The notes under the pieces are model-generated. The model ran no database searches and had not been told where the DNA came from. It worked only from the letters and a program-made list of their open reading frames with translations. A DNA stretch of 63,955 nucleotides, filler included, from Craspedostauros australis (Eukaryota): NCBI GenBank assembly GCA_030167865.1. It is 7 parts of 7 records of this genome, joined end to end, with 100 filler letters (N's around TTAATTAATTAA, not from the genome) between each part and the next. Parts side by side here need not be neighbours in the genome. Positions count along the whole stretch, not along the records: positions 1 to 26,783 come from JALAGF010005337.1; 6 more parts are not named here. One strand, given 5' to 3'. Shown in pieces: positions 9,584-19,070 of this stretch. Each line of letters begins with the position of its first letter. Position 1 is the first letter of the stretch. Made by a program: the position numbers and the translations under genes.

Positions 9584-12500
9584 TTACGATTTGTTGTTGC
9601 CGCTGTACGCAATGTCCGTGTCCTTCTTGCGCCAATTCTGACCTCGGTGACGACCTCCACCGGACATCTGGCCATCGATGGCGGCAGCTGACGAGGCATA
9701 CAGCTTCTGCGAGCACAGCGGGGTCAGCGCCGCGAATGCTCGGAAGCGGAAGAACGAGGCCAGCTCCTTGCGTGGTGGCAGCTTCAGCTCGGACCGCGCC
9801 GCCAGCGACGAGCCGACGCCGATCTTGTACCCGTACATGTTGTCCCAGTTCGCGGACATCTTCAGCCCGATCCAGCTGTCGACGGGGCCGCGGATTGGCA
9901 GGCAGCTCAGCAGGTGCCTCGCACCCTCCAAGCTCACCACGTATCCCGTCAGGTACCAGACGGAGGTCGGGATCCCAAGTTGCTCGGAGTACGGCACGAT
10001 CGGCGCCGTCTTGGGGCGTCCGTAGCCTAGCGAGCAGAAGTGGAAATCTCGCGGCAGCTCCCGCAGCAGCTCTTGCAGTCGGTCGGTGAATCGGTCCACC
10101 ATCATGGCGTCGTCCTCCAAAATCACGCACACTGGCTGCGGCGCCATCGCTTCGTTTGCGAAGAACGTGGCCTGTCCGCTGGCGTATCCACCAATTCCCA
10201 GTTCACCTGCGATCTTGCGCCGGAGCCTCGTTGTGTCGGCCGTTGCAGCATTGCTACCACGGGCCTCGCTGCCTTCTTTCTCCCCATGTTCCTTCGTAGA
10301 ATCGGTTTCCACGAGCAGCGCTTCCAAACATGCTTGCGCGCTCTGCCACGACTTCAGGTGCGACAGAGCGCATGCTTTCTCCGTCGGGCTGATGCGCACC
10401 TCGTGATCCGTGGCGGGAGCATTCGTATCGAACGCTCGCAAATCGTTGGGCCGCCACTGGGGACGGACTAAGGCGTTCAAGCCGGACAGAGATCCGATCA
10501 GATTCACCATCCTCATCTCGGCTTGTACCATCGAACCTCGACCATCGACGGCGTAGGCTTGCACGGAAGGAACGACACTATCCACGGAGGAGCCGGACGC
10601 ATCGGCCAGTGCTCTCGTCACCATCACCTTCTCTTGCATTGCTTGCGTCATGAATAATGCCATGCGATCCTTCCTCCGTTCCAAATTGATCACGCGAACG
10701 GTCGGTCGGTCCATCAGCAGGGCCATGGTGGATGCCCAACCTCGATTCGACGCAAGATTAGCGGGTGCAATTGCGTTGTCCAACGACAAAGCATGCTGAA
10801 CGATGCGTGACAGATTCTCACCATCCGAGCAGCTTGCGCAGCACCATGCAGCCCAGCACAACAGTCCAAGTCGGGCGGTCGATTCATCAGGCCCCTTCCT
10901 TTGTGTCATTTGAATCGCGAATGTGGAGAGCCGCGTGATGATGCTTTGCTTCGACGATGGGCACAAATGATTGGCCATTGTGATGGATGCATCGCCATTT
11001 GTTGTGTACCGGTAGTATGTCTCCATCTGCCGGATGTGCAGCTGCTGTATGGCATTGGAACATGCGAGCAGGGCCGCCATGCGCTTATTGTCACCGACGT
11101 CGTCCTTCGACTCTGCGAAGATGGATTCCATCACTTCTTGAATCCATCCGAGGTTGCCGCTCAGGATGTATGCAAGTTGCAACGTCCACGAAAGCATGCC
11201 ATCGCTTTGCCTCGAATCTACAGCGTGCAGGGTGGACGAAGCGATAGAAACGATCTCCTTTGCGAGGACACTGGTCGGTCGTCTTTCCTGTGCAGGAAAT
11301 AGCCACGGAAGTTTGTGTTGCAAACGTTCCAAGGCTGCAAGTTCGATGCACGCGAGGACGCGAACACGCTCGTTGCCGTGATGCTGCCGAACTCTGTTGA
11401 TCTCCGCGACGGTTTCCGTGGCAAGGACGAGCATCCGGACAGTAGCTTCTGGCGGCGACGTCGACGTCGACTTGGGAGTGTTGTGTGTCAGAGTTGCACG
11501 GAACCAATCGTCTCCTCTTGATACCATTGGTGGGGACAGCATGGCTTCCAAAATGCAAAAGCTCATCACAGGCGGCCTTCTGCAGCATGCTGGGATGTCT
11601 TCCGTTGTGGTGGAATCTTCGGGGTTGAAGGATGTCGCATTCGCACTGATGTATTCCAGTACGAGCCTTGCTGCCTGGTCGTAATCGCCGCGCTGCAGGT
11701 ACATTTTAATGACCAAATGCACCAAAATGCACCGCTCCACCAGCGCTGCGAGCCGCGCTGCGTACTTCACGGGGATGACTTCCAGCCGTGAACCAGGCCC
11801 ATCCTTGTCTTGGTCTGACTTCGATTGGGCTGACGGTGATTCTGGACCATTGGTATCGCCATTATTGCCAATCGAGTCTTCCGTTGCTGTGCCTGATTTG
11901 TCGAAATCATCAAATTGGGTCGAGGCATTGCTGGCGCGATCGTGCGATGGCCAAACGTGCACAATCTCGCCATGCAATGACGACACGAGCTCCTGCGCGA
12001 GGTGGGAGCAACCGTGATCAGCACGGCCAGGTTGTGATTGAGCTTGCGCCCATTCCATGATGGACGGCGGTTCCAAGTCCTTCACATCCTGGTCCATTTC
12101 GAGCGTCAGTTCCCATATGTGGGTGGGTTGATCCGATGCGGTTGGGGGTTTGAGCGTATCCAAGAAGGAGATGACATGGAAGATGTCATCGCTGATCTGC
12201 TTGGTGGGGTGCCGAGGCATTCTGGCGTTCTTCGGTTGGGCTGCATCCCAGAAACAGGGGAAGAAGTCTTTGCTCATGAAGGGAAAGTACCGAAACTGAT
12301 CTCTTTGCACGAGACCTTTGCTTGCAGCGTGTGTGTTCGATCGTTGCTCGCTCTCTGCCCTGTCATTATTTTCCATGCAGACGATATCCTTGATCCTTGT
12401 TGCATCCTTTAGCAGACGCAGCATGTCGCCCCAAAGTTGCAGCTTCGGAAGAGGGCGCCACAAATGGGTTGGTTGGTGCAAGATAGCATTGTTGCCGTCG

Positions 12501-13600
12501 TTGATACCGTTGTTGCTATCGATTTCGGCATGACCAGTGTTTTGAATCGAATCTTGATTGGTGTGCTGCTGGGTGGAGTTCGCGGGATGTTGGGATGCAG
12601 CATTCACGTCCGCGTCTGGCTTTGCGACGATCTCCATCTTCTCCAATTTCCAGAGAGCAACTCCCAAACGCTGCAATGCTTCCACTGATCTTTGTTGCAG
12701 AATGCGGTCGAGGCTGTTCTCAGCCTTTGATGTCTCTGTGCCTTTGCCGGCATCAACCAGAGCTGTTGGCTCGGCTGGAAGCTTGCGTTTGCGGTTGCTG
12801 GAATGATGCGATTTACATGAGTCGTATGGTTGATGCGGAGTTCCATCCAATCTGCCATGATTTGCACCAGCGCCAGTATCGGCGCCGTCGTCGTCGCTAT
12901 CATCGTCGGAAGAGAATTGAAACATGTGGTCCTCGATGGAGCCAGCGGGTCGATTGTTCTGCTTCGATCCTGCCAGATTCGATGCTTTTCGCTTCGCTCC
13001 CGCTTGCTTTGGGCCGGGCTCGCCTTCACCTGCGTTGGCTTCTTCAGTCCTCTTGGCCTTGCTTTCCTTTTCTATTTGCAGATCCACCTCATCCATGTTT
13101 GCTTCGTGACCATCAGCATCACCATTTGTGCCAATATCATCATCATCACCATCATCATCTGATGAGAAAGATAGGCAAAACTCATTCGAATCGTTGTTGC
13201 GCGTGCCTCTGGGCGCCGTGAACTCATTATGAACTTTGGGAGCTGGGACAGTGGCGCTCGATCGATCGCGAAGAGCTGCTGCAGCGCTAGCAGTGACTGA
13301 CTGTCCATTCGCTGCACTTGGATTGCTCTCCAGCGCCTTGACTCTGACCTTGCATTCCTCCAGCTCCGCCTGGTAGCCTCTGGCACGGTCTTTCCACTTC
13401 TGCACGTCGTAGTCCAAGTTCTCCTGCAGGGCCTGGAAGTACTTGAGCACGGACTTGTTGGATTTCAGAAGCTTCACAAGCGAAGCAGGCGGCGGCGGCG
13501 GTGGCTTTGGCTTCTTCGTCGTGCTCTGTTTCGTGCCGCTCCCAATACTGTTCCGTGGGCGCTTCCTCGAACGCCGCGCTGCTGTGGCTGGCGGCGCCAT
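9584..13600 (-). CDS. Large protein with C-terminal glycosyltransferase family 25 domain and N-terminal basic stretch plus coiled coil
   Basis: 1338-aa ORF. GT25 motifs VINLERRKDR, ACALSHLKSW, VILEDDA, GYVVSLEGARHLL, PVDSW. Confidence 0.82.
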   Translation of the reverse strand: MAPPATAARRSRKRPRNSIGSGTKQSTTKKPKPPPPPPASLVKLLKSNKSVLKYFQALQENLDYDVQKWKDRARGYQAELEECKVRVKALESNPSAANGQSVTASAAAALRDRSSATVPAPKVHNEFTAPRGTRNNDSNEFCLSFSSDDDGDDDDIGTNGDADGHEANMDEVDLQIEKESKAKRTEEANAGEGEPGPKQAGAKRKASNLAGSKQNNRPAGSIEDHMFQFSSDDDSDDDGADTGAGANHGRLDGTPHQPYDSCKSHHSSNRKRKLPAEPTALVDAGKGTETSKAENSLDRILQQRSVEALQRLGVALWKLEKMEIVAKPDADVNAASQHPANSTQQHTNQDSIQNTGHAEIDSNNGINDGNNAILHQPTHLWRPLPKLQLWGDMLRLLKDATRIKDIVCMENNDRAESEQRSNTHAASKGLVQRDQFRYFPFMSKDFFPCFWDAAQPKNARMPRHPTKQISDDIFHVISFLDTLKPPTASDQPTHIWELTLEMDQDVKDLEPPSIMEWAQAQSQPGRADHGCSHLAQELVSSLHGEIVHVWPSHDRASNASTQFDDFDKSGTATEDSIGNNGDTNGPESPSAQSKSDQDKDGPGSRLEVIPVKYAARLAALVERCILVHLVIKMYLQRGDYDQAARLVLEYISANATSFNPEDSTTTEDIPACCRRPPVMSFCILEAMLSPPMVSRGDDWFRATLTHNTPKSTSTSPPEATVRMLVLATETVAEINRVRQHHGNERVRVLACIELAALERLQHKLPWLFPAQERRPTSVLAKEIVSIASSTLHAVDSRQSDGMLSWTLQLAYILSGNLGWIQEVMESIFAESKDDVGDNKRMAALLACSNAIQQLHIRQMETYYRYTTNGDASITMANHLCPSSKQSIITRLSTFAIQMTQRKGPDESTARLGLLCWAAWCCASCSDGENLSRIVQHALSLDNAIAPANLASNRGWASTMALLMDRPTVRVINLERRKDRMALFMTQAMQEKVMVTRALADASGSSVDSVVPSVQAYAVDGRGSMVQAEMRMVNLIGSLSGLNALVRPQWRPNDLRAFDTNAPATDHEVRISPTEKACALSHLKSWQSAQACLEALLVETDSTKEHGEKEGSEARGSNAATADTTRLRRKIAGELGIGGYASGQATFFANEAMAPQPVCVILEDDAMMVDRFTDRLQELLRELPRDFHFCSLGYGRPKTAPIVPYSEQLGIPTSVWYLTGYVVSLEGARHLLSCLPIRGPVDSWIGLKMSANWDNMYGYKIGVGSSLAARSELKLPPRKELASFFRFRAFAALTPLCSQKLYASSAAAIDGQMSGGGRHRGQNWRKKDTDIAYSGNNKS

Positions 13601-14238
13601 GCTGCACCAGAGACGTCGATCTCGATCTCAATGTTCCTGCGAGTGCACCGTACGAGGAGAGTGGGACAACCTGATGATCTGCTTGTGTTGATGAACTTGA
13701 CATGATGGGAAGCGACGTGTTGTTTCCGCTTGAATCCTTGTGCGGGTGCAATGGGTGGTCACGATGGCGTCGTTGATGTCTGCTTCTGCCAATAAAATAT
13801 CAATTTGCGAAATTGTTGGAGAAATTGATGTGTTCGGATTGAACAGCCTGAACTGCCAGATGGACTCGTACGACTAAAGAGTCTGACAAAAAGGCTATTC
13901 TGACGATCGTTGGAGAAGATCTTTATGATTCAGGAACCTTCAGGAACCTTCATGGGTCGACGAGAACATGTTGCGATTCCGCCTTCTGTGGGCGGATTCT
14001 GATGCGGCAGTACCATCAATCGTGGAATCTTACTGGAGAGATGAGACTTTGCGATCGCAACTCCAATGCATTTGTACGGTGGTTTACGACGGAACCATGC
14101 GAGGGGTGGCTATGATCGGGCATGTTGAGCATCACTATCGCCACCTTTCACATCACATGAGTGCATCTCTCATAAAGAAAACGAAGAGCAAGAGCAACAA
14201 ACCCAATCGCAACAGCAACAACCACAGCCCAAAATCTC

Positions 14239-15390
14239 ATGAACATCGGACGGCTCTCCATCACGCTCCTTGGTCTCATGAAATTCGCCCGACTCTCTCG
14301 CTCTGTCTCTTCATTTGCATTCGTTCATCGCTCATCCAGCCACATTTCACTCTCACTCCTTTCGTCTGCGAGTTTCGCATCACACATCTCTCACCTTCCA
14401 GCAGTGCTTTCGACTTCCCCCACAAGCTTCAACGCAAACAAGAACATCATCAACAGCAACCGCATTAGCGCCAACATCAGCTCCAGAGCCATGTCAAGCA
14501 CAACAAATCCAGCGCCCGACGCCGAAAAAGATTCTTGGAGGATCGAGGCCACTGGGTACAAGAAGCACGCCCAACGTTTCACCGGGAAGTTCGCGACGAG
14601 CGCTGTCCAAGAGCTGGTCGGTGCTCGGTTGAAGAGCAAGGTGCCTTTCCCGAAGGACGAGATCCGCTGCCTCGACATCGCCGCCGGGACTGGGGCGGCG
14701 ACTCTTGCCACCGTCGATGCGATCCGCATGCATGACGGGTTCAAGGATCGTCCCATCCGGCTCACGGCGACCGACCTGAGCGCCGGCATGCTGGAGCAGC
14801 TCGATGCCCAGTTGCCTGAGCGGGTCGATGCCAAATACAAGGACGTCGAGGTGAAGACGTTGGTGCAGGACATGACCGATCTCAAGGACATCCCGGATGG
14901 ATCCATCGATATCTGCACCATGGTGTACGGCATCATGTTCCCCGATGATCCCATCAAGGCATTGAAGGAGGTCAAGCGCGTGCTGGACCCCAACGGTGGC
15001 GTGGCCACCATCGTGTCTCACTCCTGGAACACCTTCATCCAGCTCTTCCAAGAAGCCACCTTCGACCAAGGAAAGATCGACAACATGGCCGACTACGACC
15101 TCCCCTACACTGACATGGGCCACGAGCATCACCTCCGCATCGCCGCCGGCACTGCAGGCTTCACCAAGATGCGCGTGTCGTACGTCCAGCACCACGGGGT
15201 GGAGATCCCCACGGCCTTCCTTGCCCACAGCATGAACAACAATCCTGGGCTTGCCAAAATCCCTCGTTTGGACCAGGCCAAGTTTGAGGCCTTCCTTATG
15301 AAGCGCAGCGCCGGTACCAACAAAGATGGCCCGTTCGTGCTCTGCGGTGGTACAGCTCTCTGCCTCCAACTTGGCTTGGAGAATGAGTAG
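14239..15390 (+). CDS. Class I SAM-dependent methyltransferase with Ser-rich N-terminal extension (possible organelle targeting)
   Basis: Motif I CLDIAAGTG, motif II TATDLSAGML, and MFPDDPIKALKEVKRVLDPNGG. Alternative starts at 14278 or 14491. Confidence 0.88.
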   Translation: MNIGRLSITLLGLMKFARLSRSVSSFAFVHRSSSHISLSLLSSASFASHISHLPAVLSTSPTSFNANKNIINSNRISANISSRAMSSTTNPAPDAEKDSWRIEATGYKKHAQRFTGKFATSAVQELVGARLKSKVPFPKDEIRCLDIAAGTGAATLATVDAIRMHDGFKDRPIRLTATDLSAGMLEQLDAQLPERVDAKYKDVEVKTLVQDMTDLKDIPDGSIDICTMVYGIMFPDDPIKALKEVKRVLDPNGGVATIVSHSWNTFIQLFQEATFDQGKIDNMADYDLPYTDMGHEHHLRIAAGTAGFTKMRVSYVQHHGVEIPTAFLAHSMNNNPGLAKIPRLDQAKFEAFLMKRSAGTNKDGPFVLCGGTALCLQLGLENE

Positions 15391-15851
15391 AATGAATGTC
15401 ACGAGGCAACGAGGCAACGAGGCAACGAGGAAAGGTGTCAAGACTCTCCGATGGCTGCACACAGAGTACTCGTGCCTTCGCCAGCGCATCCTCTACAAGT
15501 GGATCCGCAAATGCAACTGTCCGACTCTTGAGTCGAGTAGAGCAAAGTAGAGTGGAGCCATGCACTCTACTACAAGCATGATTACATACGAGTACTGCAG
15601 TACAGTACTAACTTTAGCGAAACAGATTACATCAACATATTCGTCGATCGTAATGCAGTGAAATGCTGCTACTATCTTATTTGTTGCATTCGCACGTCCT
15701 CTCTCGATTTGAGTTGAGTTGAGAAACTTGTCTCAGGGTGTATGGTACCTACGCCATTGATGCCGATTAGATGATCATTCCGTTCCCTCCGCCCAAATGG
15801 AAGCACGCTGATGCTTGTTCTTGCTTTTGTTCCGTTTACTCCTCAAGATGC

Positions 15852-16358
15852 TCAACCCATCATGGACATGCAAACGGCGAAGGTCTGGGACTCGATGAAA
15901 TCGCCTGGCCCGTCGGCCTCCAAACGAACCTGCCACCCCACGGGGTAGGTGACGTTCGGAGCCAGGAGTGGACCATCGTAGGCGATGATGGCCTCCATGT
16001 TCCCGGAGAGACGCAGCCATCCGCCGCCGGTGGCGACCGAGCCTTCGGGACACACGGCGACCTGAGGACCATCATTCTGTCCATCATCCTCCATCCGGAT
16101 GGTCTGACCGGCGACGTAGGTGATGTTGGGTTGGAAGGTTTGCTTCCACGGCAGTTCGGTCACCGTCTTGGAAGGGCAGGAGGAAACGGATGAGTCGATG
16201 AGGGACAGCTTCTTACCGCAATCGGCGACGCAGATGATGAGGTCTGCCTCATCCGCGGTTTCCAATGGGCAGGTGTCGGAGCTCTTGTGATGCAGCTTTC
16301 GCACTTCTGCGGCATGCGCGATTGCGATGACAGCAAGGAGCTGGAGGTAGACGTGCAT
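15852..16358 (-). CDS. Small secreted Cys-containing protein (168 aa), function unknown
   Basis: Signal peptide MHVYLQLLAVIAIAHA-AE. C-terminal module AVCPEGSVATGGGW...GWQV...FAVC. Coding-like composition. Confidence 0.72.
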   Translation of the reverse strand: MHVYLQLLAVIAIAHAAEVRKLHHKSSDTCPLETADEADLIICVADCGKKLSLIDSSVSSCPSKTVTELPWKQTFQPNITYVAGQTIRMEDDGQNDGPQVAVCPEGSVATGGGWLRLSGNMEAIIAYDGPLLAPNVTYPVGWQVRLEADGPGDFIESQTFAVCMSMMG

Positions 16359-16589
16359 GGTGATGATGATTGCTGATACTCGTGGAGTGCTATGGTAGAG
16401 ACTTGATGACTTTCGCTTTTGCGTTTTTATGAGCACTCTATCCTGTTGTGCTCTGCAACCATGAGTCAACCCCTACAACGTATCCCACAATCGCAACTTT
16501 CGTGGGAATGCAATGTAACAATCAACGGCTCGTTCTTACGCGAATGAATTCCTTCTTTAGTATTAACAAACTGATTCGACGTTACATCT

Positions 16590-19070
16590 TTATATGACAA
16601 CGGCCTGCGGCGATGCCGGTGGCATCTGAGACGGGAAGCTCTGGACGTCCATGGGGTTGTTGGGATCCTCGTCATTGTCGCTGGCGTCGTAGGTTGACAT
16701 GTGCTGCAGCAACGCGTCGACGTAGTCTCCGCAGGTGTCCGGGAATTGTTCCTTAGCCAGTCGCAGTATCGACTCCGTCTGCGATCGTGGCAGTTGGGGG
16801 AGGTTGGCTCGTGGTTCGCAGTTGGTCATGGCAAAGAGGGCATGGCAGCCGGCTTGCTGCACGGACTCCGACGACGGATGGGAGGACAGTCCGTTGATGA
16901 TGGCGGTGACGCCCGACACCGATGCCACCACGGTCGCGCGGTCCGGACCTCCGGTCTCGACGATGGCCGCGACTGCCTCGCATGCGTGGTACTGGACGGT
17001 GGCATCGCCGATGTGGGCTTGCATGGCACCGATCATGGCGGTGACGGCACCGGATGCCACCATGCTGACCTCGCGACAGCCATCGGCGGGGGCCATGCTC
17101 TGCAAGGCCAGGCAAGCCTTCTCCTGCACGATCATCTCGTTGGGATGCGCCTTCATGGCGTTGACGACCGCCGCCACGGATGTCATGGCGAGAAGCTGGA
17201 CGCCCTCGATGTTGTTGTTCTTGAGGCAGTTCTGCGCCATGCGCGAGATGGCGACGGAGCCAAGCATCTGCACGCCAGCGTCCTCCTCGTGCGCCCACAT
17301 GCTCATAACAACCTCGGAGACGTCCGCGGATGCACTCTGCACGAGCATGATAGCGTCGTACTCTTCATCTTCGACAACGCCATCTGCTTCGTCCGGCGAG
17401 CTGTCCGCCTCGTTGCCTTCCGTCATTCCGATGGCGCTGCGGAGTGCCGGATGACGCTGCAGATCGATGTGCTGCACCGCGGCTTCGTAGGCGAGGTAAA
17501 GGGACTTGATGCCTCCTCCGATCCATGGTTTGCCCACATCCACCGCCAGGGAGAGCGGGTACTGGCCGTTGCCGTCGGGCATGCTGGCGGCCTCCGGGAA
17601 TTTGTAGAGCAGCTCGTCGATGACGTACTTTGTGTAGAACGATGGGTAGGACGCGCGTTGGTTGGTTGCAGAGCCTTGTTCGCTGCGGGGCGAGAAAGCG
17701 GAGGCACCGCCCACCTTGGTCGCGGCCGCGTAATGCAGCGGCAGGTTTCCGTATCCATCGACGCGCGCCATGTCCTGGGCGTTGGTTTCGACGATGTACC
17801 TGAGGAGATCGGGCGGCGTCTCGACCTGAACCGCCCTGTGGACGATGCCCGACTGAGCATCGGGTGCCTGCTGTTGCTGCTGCGCGTCGTTCTCCATCGA
17901 GCTGTTTGTGTTGGAGACGGCGCCATTGATGGCACCGGTCGATGCGTTGGTGGGCCCCGTGAGAAGAATCTCGATGCACTTCCACGTGTTGCCCGCCGCC
18001 GTCTTGTAGCGACGCCGGTGCTCCACCACCATGGGTCTTGAATTGTCGCCCGCGAAGAATTTCTCTGAAATGTCGAACTGCCTAGTGAAGCGACGGTAGA
18101 GCAGGCCGAGCGGCTTGTCTCCGTCGGAGGCGTTGCCCATGCCGGCATGGTAGGGGTACGCACGATGCACCACCTCCACGTAGTCCACGGAGGGCCCGAC
18201 CGGATCCATGTCATCGGGCAGCACCTGCAGCACGCGGTACAGGGGCGTGCAGGGTCCGCTGGCGTCGCTGCTCTCGTAGCGGATGTTTGATTTGGAGAGG
18301 TAGGCTTGCGCAGTTTCGTAGTCACTGTCAATCAAGTGACGCACGACCGCAGCACGTTGCTTCCAGCTGAAAGTGTATCTGGAAGCGCCCTCCAATGCCG
18401 CGCGGCCTGCGGCCTTCGGTGCCGTCTCCTCCTTCTTCTCCTCGTGCAGCGGCGCCATGTTGGAACCTCCGTTGCCGCTGCTGGCGCTGAAGTGCGTCGT
18501 CGGCGAGATGGCGTAATGCAAGGGAAGATGGCCACCGGCGTCCACCTTGGCGAGCGACTCCCTGTGCACCGCGATGAGCGAGCGGATGATCTGGAACAGG
18601 GTGGACTCGATGGACGAGGCGGAGCTGTTGCTGCCCGTGGACGTGGGGGTGGCATTGGGCGTTCCCACCACCTCCGAATCCAGCAACCGGCAGGCCAGGT
18701 GCAAGGGCGTCGATTGAGTGGTGGGGTTGCAGAACGCCGCCGCCGACGGCTCCTGCTGCACGTGCTCTAGAGCCTGGCGCAGGTACATCTGTCGCTCCTG
18801 GTGGTTGTGGGAGCAGGCATGCGCCTTGATGAGCAGCTTGTAGAGGCGCTCTGGCTTGCTGGCATGGATGGTGGCCGAAATGGCGGAGGTGTCATCGTCA
18901 TTGCCGCGACTCTGGTGCTGCTTGGCATTCTTCTGCTTCTGCTGCAGCTCTCGATCCCTGTCCTGGCGCTGTTGGACGGAGGATGATGGCGAGATCGGCT
19001 TTGACTGAGGCTTGCGTCCCGAGTTGTCATACGTCGCCGTCTCGAGCTCCTTGCTGCTGTTGCATCCCAT
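16590..19070 (-). CDS. Ankyrin-like repeat plus C-terminal armadillo-repeat protein, probably N-acylated
   Basis: ANK-like TPLHLAC, GHLPLHYA, GNLPLHYA, GQYPLSLA. ARM-like VVNAMKAHPNEMIVQEKACLALQ, AMQAHIGDATVQYHAC. MGCNSSK N-terminus at 19070. Confidence 0.85.
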   Translation of the reverse strand: MGCNSSKELETATYDNSGRKPQSKPISPSSSVQQRQDRDRELQQKQKNAKQHQSRGNDDDTSAISATIHASKPERLYKLLIKAHACSHNHQERQMYLRQALEHVQQEPSAAAFCNPTTQSTPLHLACRLLDSEVVGTPNATPTSTGSNSSASSIESTLFQIIRSLIAVHRESLAKVDAGGHLPLHYAISPTTHFSASSGNGGSNMAPLHEEKKEETAPKAAGRAALEGASRYTFSWKQRAAVVRHLIDSDYETAQAYLSKSNIRYESSDASGPCTPLYRVLQVLPDDMDPVGPSVDYVEVVHRAYPYHAGMGNASDGDKPLGLLYRRFTRQFDISEKFFAGDNSRPMVVEHRRRYKTAAGNTWKCIEILLTGPTNASTGAINGAVSNTNSSMENDAQQQQQAPDAQSGIVHRAVQVETPPDLLRYIVETNAQDMARVDGYGNLPLHYAAATKVGGASAFSPRSEQGSATNQRASYPSFYTKYVIDELLYKFPEAASMPDGNGQYPLSLAVDVGKPWIGGGIKSLYLAYEAAVQHIDLQRHPALRSAIGMTEGNEADSSPDEADGVVEDEEYDAIMLVQSASADVSEVVMSMWAHEEDAGVQMLGSVAISRMAQNCLKNNNIEGVQLLAMTSVAAVVNAMKAHPNEMIVQEKACLALQSMAPADGCREVSMVASGAVTAMIGAMQAHIGDATVQYHACEAVAAIVETGGPDRATVVASVSGVTAIINGLSSHPSSESVQQAGCHALFAMTNCEPRANLPQLPRSQTESILRLAKEQFPDTCGDYVDALLQHMSTYDASDNDEDPNNPMDVQSFPSQMPPASPQAVVI

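Noticed and set aside
523..16358. DJ-1 + LanC-like + glycosyltransferase + methyltransferase + small Cys-rich secreted protein as a lanthipeptide/RiPP-like biosynthetic cluster
   Set aside because: No dehydratase or kinase-lyase, transporter or leader-core precursor is present. The LanC domain lacks its Zn ligands, and predicted compartments differ. Co-expression and conserved synteny would be needed to revive the idea.
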